A stretch of 64,000 bases of DNA from positions 92,256,001 through 92,320,000 of the forward strand of contig OX597819.1 in assembly GCA_951406725.2 (NCBI GenBank). The letters run 5' to 3'. The DNA comes from Octopus vulgaris (Eukaryota). This document shows positions 56,272 through 64,000 of the stretch, in pieces (the stretch's first letter is position 1; the number at the start of each line of letters is the position of its first letter). A program made the translations under genes and the position numbers. The notes beneath the pieces are model-generated. The model searched no databases, was not told the origin of the DNA, and was given only the letters and a program-made list of their open reading frames with translations.

Positions 56272-56590
56272 AGGCGCAATGGCCCAGTGGTTAGGGTAGC
56301 GGACTCGCGGACGTAGGATCGCGGTTTCGATTCCCAGACCGGGCATTGTGAGTGTTTATTGAGCGAAAACACCTAAAGCTCCACGAAGCTCCGGTAGGGG
56401 GGTGGTGGCGATCCCTGCTGTACTCTTTCGCAACAACTTTCGCTCACTCTTTCTTCTGTTGGCCTGCTCGCTTAGCCAGCGAGGTGGCGTCATTTGAAGG
56501 CTAAAACAATGCGAAGCGCATTGTGACCAGCGATGTGTAGCAACATCTGATAACCCGGTCGGTCACGTGATCACGTGATATCACGTGGAT
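56270..56590 (+). mobile_element. SINE family A, alternative tail ending in tcacgtga repeats
   Basis: Same head as 40644 but a different 3' half, shared with 22975-23222. Confidence 0.85.
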
Positions 56591-56689
56591 ACGTGATATA
56601 TATATATATATATATACATATAAAAGCATATATATATACATATGTATATACATACACACACACACACACATATATATATATATGCGTAT

Positions 56690-57294
56690 ATGGGTACAGG
56701 ACGTCACCAACAGTAAAGAAAATGCAATACAAAAACAAAGGATTTCAATACTCAAACAACGAGAGAAACAAATCGAAAGCAGGACAAGTAACACAAAGGA
56801 CGACCCTTCATCAGTTGTCAGCTGTCTATCTACTCATTTCGAGCATTGCACGAAAATATGAGTCTTCGAAGACAGTTTCTCCCATAAGTACCAAAATAAA
56901 ATTTGGGACTCATGGTATGTCAAAGCTGGGAACAAAAACAAGACAGTGAAATCATAGAGTGAAACAGAACGAAAGCAAACATGGAGGGTCGTTAGACCAG
57001 AACAAGGGTAAAATAGCGAACGCTGGAGATATATTTTCTTTCACGAGAGAAAATATAGAAGAGAGAGATAGGATACGTCCACTCCTTAGGACAGTCTTCA
57101 AGGAAGAGGAAGATGATCCCGTGATGAAAAGAAAGATGGAAGATGGTCACGTGTGAGCAACGAGAGGGAGAAAGGGAGAAAGAGGGAGAGAGAGACAGAT
57201 GGAAAACGGTGAAGTGGAGAAAAGGGGAATTAGAGAAAAGGATGAGAGAGAAAACAGTATAGAGTAGAGTCGCATCAAAAATATTAAGATAAAT

Positions 57295-57295
<1 letters not shown>
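56690..57295. mobile_element. ~600-bp (TA)n-embedded repeat, copy 1
   Basis: Diverged direct repeat of 58481-59030 (tacaggacgtcaccaa, cccttcatcagttgtcagctg, aaacatggagggtc). Confidence 0.8.
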
Positions 57296-57338
<43 letters not shown>

Positions 57339-57560
57339 TCAATATAGGGTGGCAAAAAAAATTTTGTAGAATTCTTTTGCCACCAGCGGCCTAGTGGGAA
57401 AAATTAAATAGTCATAAACCATTTTTAAGTTCAACATCACAATCAAGGAACGGCCATAATAGGCCATTCACCCACTAGAAATAACAGCCAAAAAGCTTTA
57501 ACCGCAAAATAACGTCAATTCCGTAAACCAGGAGAAAATTAAAAAACATTTACCCTGTAA

Positions 57561-57665
57561 TTTCTTAGACGATGCACCGTTTCATCTACTGTTTAATGGA
57601 AAACTAACCTGATTAAATTAAATCAAGCCAATCTACCATAGGCCCTTAGATTCATCAGTAAGAAA
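57561..57665 (-). ncRNA. Type I hammerhead ribozyme (inverted copy of 58199-58303)
   Basis: Reverse complement of the + strand motif; tcatcag at 57652-57658. Confidence 0.9.
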
Positions 57666-58198
57666 TAGCCAAGCCGGAACAGATATTTTTCACGAGGCAT
57701 TCTCGTTGCTACCTCGTCAATATCTGACCTAAAATTTTCAAATCGTCGCACTCGCGCCAAATTTATCGGCAGCAAATAAATATAAGCCGCCGATTCCATT
57801 ACGGAATTAACCAGAAAATTCATAATTAATCAATATAGGGTGGCAAAAAAAATTTTGTAGAATTTTGCCAGCTGTTATTTGGCTGTTAGCGGCCTAGTGG
57901 GTGAATGGCCTATTATGGCCGTTCCTTGATTGTGATGTTGAACTTAAAAATGGTTTATGACTATTTAATTTTTTCCCACTAGGCCGCTGGTGGCAAAAGA
58001 ATTCTACAAAATTTTTTTTGCCACCCTATATTGATTAATTATGAATTTTCTGGTTAATTCCGTAATGGAATCGGCGGCTTATATTTATTTGCTGCCGATA
58101 AATTTGGCGCGAGTGCGACGATTTGAAAATTTTAGGTCAGATATTGACGAGGTAGCAACGAGAATGCCTCGTGAAAAATATCTGTTCCGGCTTGGCTA

Positions 58199-58303
58199 TT
58201 TCTTACTGATGAATCTAAGGGCCTATGGTAGATTGGCTTGATTTAATTTAATCAGGTTAGTTTTCCATTAAACAGTAGATGAAACGGTGCATCGTCTAAG
58301 AAA
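58199..58303 (+). ncRNA. Type I hammerhead ribozyme with long stem II
   Basis: tttctta-CTGATGA(58206)-atcta...tagat-GAAA(58281)-cggtgcatcg-TC-taagaaa. Perfect 7-bp stem I, intact core, GUC cleavage triplet. Confidence 0.9.
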
Positions 58304-58427
58304 TTACAGGGTAAATGTTTTTTAATTTTCTCCTGGTTTACGGAATTGACGTTATTTTGCGGTTAAAGCTTTTTGGCTGTTATTTCTAGTGGGTGAATGG
58401 CCTATTATGGCCATTCCTTGATTGTGA

Positions 58428-58476
<49 letters not shown>

Positions 58477-58480
58477 TATA

Positions 58481-59030
58481 TGGATACAGGACGTCACCAA
58501 TAGTAAAAAGCATAAAATACGAAAAAAAAAGGAGTTCAATACGCAAACGAGTGAAACAAATCGAAAACAAGACAAGTAACATAAATGAAAACCCTTCATC
58601 AGTTGTCAGCTGTCTATCTACTCCTCATTTTTGGCTTTCAACGAGAATATGAGTCTTCGAAGACAGTTGCTCCCATAAATATCAAAATAAAATTTGAGAC
58701 TTATGGAGGCTAAAATTTGGGAACAAAAACAGGACAGTGGAGATGTACAAGAAAACCGAACGAAAACAAACATGGAGGGTCTTTAGAGGAGGAGGGGAAA
58801 ATAGTGAATGCTGCAGAAATATTTTCTTTGACAAGAGAAAAGATAGAAGAGAGAGATAGGATACGCCCAGTCCTTGGGACAGTCCTGAAAGAAAAGATAG
58901 ATGATCACGTGAGGAAAAAAATGATGGACGATAGTCACGTGTGAGCAACACGAGAGAGAGAGAGAGAGAGGAAGAAAGAGAGGAGAGAGAGATAGAAAAT
59001 TGTGAAGGCGAGAAAAAGGAATTAGAGAAA
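58481..59030. mobile_element. ~550-bp (TA)n-embedded repeat, copy 2
   Basis: Homologous to 56690-57295. Confidence 0.8.
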
Positions 59031-59289
59031 TATACATATATATATGTATATATATATATTTGAATACAAGCAAATATACGCACAAACACACACATACACA
59101 CACAACACACACAGCACACATACACACACAGGTACAAACACGCAAACATTTATATTCACACGCACACTATTTTAAGAAAAAAATTGACACCTTATATGAA
59201 AAGAGAAAAAAACAATATCTCCTCCAAAAATAATCTTTAAAATATCGAAAAATATCAGCTAGATTATGGCTGCGAGATAAGACTTTATT

Positions 59290-59730
59290 GAAAGTAGACG
59301 CTCTCATCTTTCATTATCAAGAAAATTGGTGCATGTGTTTCTCACGGTATCCTTGTTAAAATTTTTGAACACCTCAATGACCTTGGTCACCCGTCCGGTC
59401 TTGCCATTGCGTGTAGAGCAGTTGGTGCCCTTCTCAAATGCGCCTCACACATAGTAACTCATAAGATTACACTCGGAGGAATTAAGAAGCCAGAAATTGG
59501 GGTTGGTGAAGTCGTAGAAATTCTCCGACAACCGCTTCTGACTTTTTCTGGAGGTGCCGAAACGTGCTGCGACACATATGACTTCCCCCAGCAGCAACCA
59601 TCTTCAGACAGAATCTGGCCACAGTCTGCAGCAGTTTCCCACAGCCCTCCTTGTCACCCATGAACAACATTACACTTTATGGTATCCAACGCCGTTGAAT
59701 CTTGTCTAACACATCAGGCTGTCCATAAGA
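59290..59730 (-). pseudogene. Tc1/mariner-superfamily transposase, C-terminal half
   Basis: TSRKSQKRLSENFYDFTNPNFWLLNSSECNLMSYYV, a decayed WPPNSPDxNPxDY motif. Confidence 0.7.
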
Positions 59731-59912
59731 AAAGGACACGTAAAAATCGTCAAGTGTAGCCCAAACGCCCCCCACTACACAGACACTATATCTATGTCTA
59801 TACCTATCTATATATACACGAGGGGGCGCTGAAAAGTCCCTGCCTTCAAGGGTCTAGCGAAAGGCCTGGTTGGAGTTCTTGTATAGGGCTTCGGAAAACT
59901 GAAGGACAGCTG

Positions 59913-59950
<38 letters not shown>

Positions 59951-60139
59951 GAGAAAAAAGCAACAAGAACTGACTTGAATCTTAATTGCTTTTACTGTAT
60001 ATATATATATATATATATACTTCTTAAATTCGATTAAATGTTGCGTGTGTTAAACTCATGAAGGGTTAGTTTCATCCGAGGTAATACGCGTTCAATACCT
60101 AGTACTTGGAGGGAATTAATTTCGTTAAAATAATAGGTA

Positions 60140-60590
60140 TATATATAAAAACATCTAGTTTATATTCATAAAAAAAGAAGACGAAAATGGAAATCGGGTG
60201 GTTAATAATTATTTATTATTAACCACTGATATAACTGTTTTAATTAATAATCAGTAAATATTAAGTAAGTAAAATTAAATTTATATGTCTTGACCATAAT
60301 ATCTTCAGACGGAAAACATATTCCCTTGGACGTTTTAAAACAATATCTTAAGAGGGGAAAAAAGTATACACTTGAATGTTTAGGACATACAGGGGTATAT
60401 TTTTCCCTTTGTAGATATTATGCTCAGGTTATATAAATTGAATTTTACTTAACATTTACTGAGTGTGAATTGAAACAGCAGTAAGGGATGATGATTAATT
60501 TGCTGTTAATAAAAGAATATTAACTTTCCAGTCTCCATTTTCATTTTATTCTTTTATATGGATATAAAATATATATTTATATTGACATAT
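60140..60590. repeat. Old foldback of two diverged hammerhead-bearing arms
   Basis: Imperfect inverted repeat of ~200 bp. The right arm 60404-60488 (+) and the left arm ~60226-60313 (-) each keep different parts of the core. Confidence 0.7.
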
Positions 60591-60686
60591 ATGTCTGTAT
60601 TATTTTAAAGAAATTAGTTTCCCCCCAAATACTAGGTAATGAACCAGTATTTCCTTCATGAGATTAATACAATCTCTAATCCAGTT

Positions 60687-60744
<58 letters not shown>

Positions 60745-60879
60745 AGCACACACACACAAATACACATAGGTGTGTGTGAGATAAGGAAAAAACCTTATTC
60801 TTGTGTCTCATTATTGTCTTGCTCTTTATATTATATTATAGCCCTTCGCAGGTTGCACAGGAGTTTAATGTGAACCACA

Positions 60880-60977
<98 letters not shown>

Positions 60978-61856
60978 ACGTTTCTGGCATCTGTGAAATG
61001 AAGTAAAATTACCGAAATAATGTAAAACTGAACATTTTGGGAGCAATGCATGCGACATAAGAGACACGTTTCTTAGAACCTGAATCATATGTATTTAATC
61101 ACAAAACGAATAGATGCTTTTATTCTCCGACTGGTTTGGGTTTTTGAGTATGTTTTTTTCATATTGATGTGTTATGTAAACGTAGCGTAGGTCTATATTT
61201 TTAAGTCTATTTGTTTGAAAGCTTCTAGTTTTTTTTTTACAATTTTTATTTTACGTCCATTGTCATGAGAGCAATACTAGATTCTGTATAGATTTTTTTT
61301 TTATGCGAACTGAGGTGTGAAAATTTTGTGTAATAATATTTTTCAAGTCAAAACTATTGAATCTACAACGAACGATTATGCTTCATATATAAAGTAGTAA
61401 ATAAAAAAAGATAAATAAAAGTAGTATCACTACTGCAGCTACCATGAGTATGAAAAGAGATGTATATATATATATATATTTCAATATATACAAGAGATGT
61501 ATATATATATATATTTCAATCGTCCATGAAACTTTAAAGGCGGGAGTCATCTGATAATCAACTGATGAAATATATTATGATAAAAAATGTTATATAAAAT
61601 TGTTTTTTTAATAAATATTTTGTTGTGAATGAATATAAGAAGATTCCAATGTAATGTGCGTGCACACCTGAGGATGTGATATAATAATTCACAGAGTCAC
61701 GCAAGGCAATTCGCATGGGTAAACAAAAAGTATTGTCGGCAATTATGCTTAAATTCTTTTCAAGTAAAATTACAAAGCAACAAATCTTTAAAAATATTCT
61801 AATCCCTTGTATAATTTATTCAATGCATTAATTTACTTCTAAATAAATTAATTTTG

Positions 61857-62195
61857 ATTGTTTCAGTCATTTAACTTCAGAAATACTGGGGTACCACGTT
61901 GAAGCATTTTAATCAAACGAACCGGATACAATACTTGTCGGTTTCTGTTGCAGAACGGCTAAGTCTTATGGACATAAACGCACCAACACCGGTTGTCAAG
62001 TGGCAGTGGTGGGACAGATACACACACACTCATACACATACACAGTTCTTTCAGTTTCTGTCTACCAATTCTACTAACAAGGCTTTGGTTAGCCCGAAGC
62101 TATAGTAGAAGATACATGCCCAAGGTGCCACGCCGTGGAACCGAACCAAAGACCATGTGGTTAGGAAGTAAACTTCTTATCACACAGTCACACCT
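61857..62195 (-). mobile_element. Diverged SINE family C (others at ~8194-8582, 23690-23812, 23885-24010, 39915-40140)
   Basis: tgtttcagtcattt...ctatagtagaaga...cccaaggtgccacgc. Confidence 0.8.
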
Positions 62196-62815
62196 ACGTC
62201 TACATAATACGTATAAATTTATTCTTCCTCTCTTATATTAAGCTTTATAAGGATATTACATCTAAATTTCACTGTACTCTAACGGGTAATAATAAAAGCA
62301 TGCTTTGATTAGTTATTTTACTACAAATTGACTCAGGTGGAGTACTGGCAAAATCATTGGTATTGTATCGGATGGTTTTTATTATACTCTTCAGATTTTG
62401 GTGATTAAATCAGGCGCAGATCAAAAATTCTTTCGGAACTAGGATTTAAAATATCAGTACTGGAACTGGTTCTTTCCTGAGAAAGAGGGCTAGCAGAATC
62501 GTTAGCATGCCCGAAAATATGCTTAGCGGTATTTTCAGGCTTTACGTTCTGAGCTCAAATTTTACTACAGTCGGCTTTGCTTTTCATCGGTACGGGGTCG
62601 ATAAAATATATACCAGTAAAATACTGGAGTTAATGTCAATGATTTGACTTTCCTCTCAAAATTGCTGGCCATGTGTTAATATTAGAAAGAATTATTACAT
62701 GCTTCTTGAATTTCATCGGTAATTAAGAGGGCAAGGGCGAAGAAAGGCTCAACAACAGATTATTTTGATATTTATCATTGAATTATATTTGCGATTTTAT
62801 ATATATATATATATA

Positions 62816-63099
62816 TACAATAAAAGCAATTAAGATTCAAGTCAATTCTAATGAATTTACTTGAATGCGGTACTTAACTTAGATGCACCAGAAAAACTAT
62901 ATGGTGTTAACCATACAGTAATGTGGGGTGATTATAAACGAGAAAGAAGCAACAAGAATGGATTAGTTTTTAGTACAATTGTTTCGTACAAAGACAGGCT
63001 TTATTAAAAGTTGCAAATATTGCAGCAGATAAAAGTGTCCCGTACTCATCGGCTAAAACACATATGAGTTCTTCAAACATCTTAGTGGGTGAGGCTGCA

Positions 63100-63102
<3 letters not shown>
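62816..63102 (-). mobile_element. ~290-bp hammerhead-bearing element in (TA)n
   Basis: Bounded by (TA)n on both sides, contains a hammerhead, and fragments of it recur at 59949-59999. Confidence 0.75.
62968..63058 (-). ncRNA. Type I hammerhead, long stem II, CCGAUGA core
   Basis: Minus strand: ttttag-CCGATGA-gtac...gtac-GAAA-caattg-TA-ctaaaa. Confidence 0.8.
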
Positions 63103-63153
<51 letters not shown>

Positions 63154-63559
63154 GATCAGATTAAAAGAAGGATAATAACGTATATATGACGTTAACGTAT
63201 CTATAAATATAGATAACTATAAATAACCATAAATATAAGTAAAAATAAAAAATATTATACTTGGTAAACTTCACAGGTTTTTCAAAGAGTTGATCTCAGG
63301 TCCATCCAGTAATACACATTAGTGAAACAGGTCTACTTAATGATGCAACAAAACAACAAAACAAAAAAGCATAAAAATTTATATTTGCATATATGTAGGA
63401 TGCAAAAGCTTCAGAGAAAGAGGTCAAATATTCAAATTTGAAACATTCTTTGAGTTGTTCCCAGACTTAAAGTCGTCCCGAAGTTGGGAGAAAGGGGAAT
63501 GACGATTTGTCAGAAAGATGAAATTGCTGGCATTGATCGTTTCTTATAGTTTAGATTCC

Positions 63560-63990
63560 ATATTGTCCGCTTATCAATGTTGATGGTGGAAGAGAAGATG
63601 TTTAGCGATTTGCAGCTATCCCTTGATATCGGGTTTTTTATGTAGCTCTCAATGACTGGTTTTGTTTGGCATAGGGTTGACAAGGTGATGGTTTAGCTCT
63701 GCTGTCAATTTTCCGCTAAAATTCTATGGATTTTAGACACAATCTGTTTAACTTTCCTACAGTTCCTATGTAAGAGCTCTGCTTTCTGACTAAAGTAATA
63801 CTTGACAGAGCTGGTTTCACTTTGGTTTTGGAATGCCAACATATGTTTAGAAACTATACTTCCCAAAACATTACACAATTGCGCGTTTTTGATGAATAAA
63901 TTTCCAGTCATACGCTCTCCAACAATGTGTTCTTTTTGTAATTATAGGTTACACATTCCACTTATCTAAGTATAGTTATCTGCAAAGAAA
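63560..63990 (-). pseudogene. Decayed Penelope-like GIY-YIG endonuclease region
   Basis: Frameshifted minus-strand reading gives GNLFIK...TYVGI...HRN...KIDSRAKP...LCQ. This matches the motif order of Penelope GIY-YIG C-termini. Confidence 0.5.
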
Positions 63991-64000
63991 AAGAGATAAA

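Larger units (their letters stand above)
57331..58429. mobile_element. Young inverted dimer of a ~491-nt hammerhead-bearing unit (retrozyme / non-autonomous Penelope-like) inserted in (TA)n
   Basis: Left arm: ataattaatcaatataggg recurs at 57331 and 57822 (period 491). Right arm is the reverse complement in a different permutation: ctagtgggtgaatgg recurs at 57894 and 58386. The arms are nearly identical and (TA)n flanks both sides. Confidence 0.9.

Noticed and set aside
57623-58241. Identical 66-aa ORFs on opposite strands
   Set aside because: They result from the inverted duplication. The ORF runs through the ribozyme core and has no recognisable domain, although translation from a circle is not excluded.

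Overview
AT-rich, microsatellite-saturated eukaryotic DNA. The SINE families and the (TA)n/(CA)n/(TATC)n load suggest an octopus (inference). I found no host protein-coding gene; almost all listed ORFs are microsatellite artefacts. Conventional repeats include four tRNA-headed SINE families, relics of RTE, R4/Dong and CR1-like LINEs, Tc1/mariner transposase relics, Helitron derivatives and an ORF1-only retroelement. The main unexplained signal is about 11 intact or near-intact type I hammerhead-ribozyme motifs (stem I - CUGANGA - stem II - GAAA - palindromic stem III - UH - stem I). They lie in about 8 apparently unrelated small non-coding elements, most embedded in (TA)n or related arrays. 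The best copies are terminally redundant units of about 360-490 nt that read through their own cleavage site. Several have inverted 5' segments, and one is a very young inverted, circularly permuted dimer (57331-58429). This looks like a microsatellite-associated retrozyme / non-autonomous Penelope system, possibly copied from circular RNA, and a decayed Penelope GIY-YIG remnant lies at the window end. All folds and alignments were done by eye.
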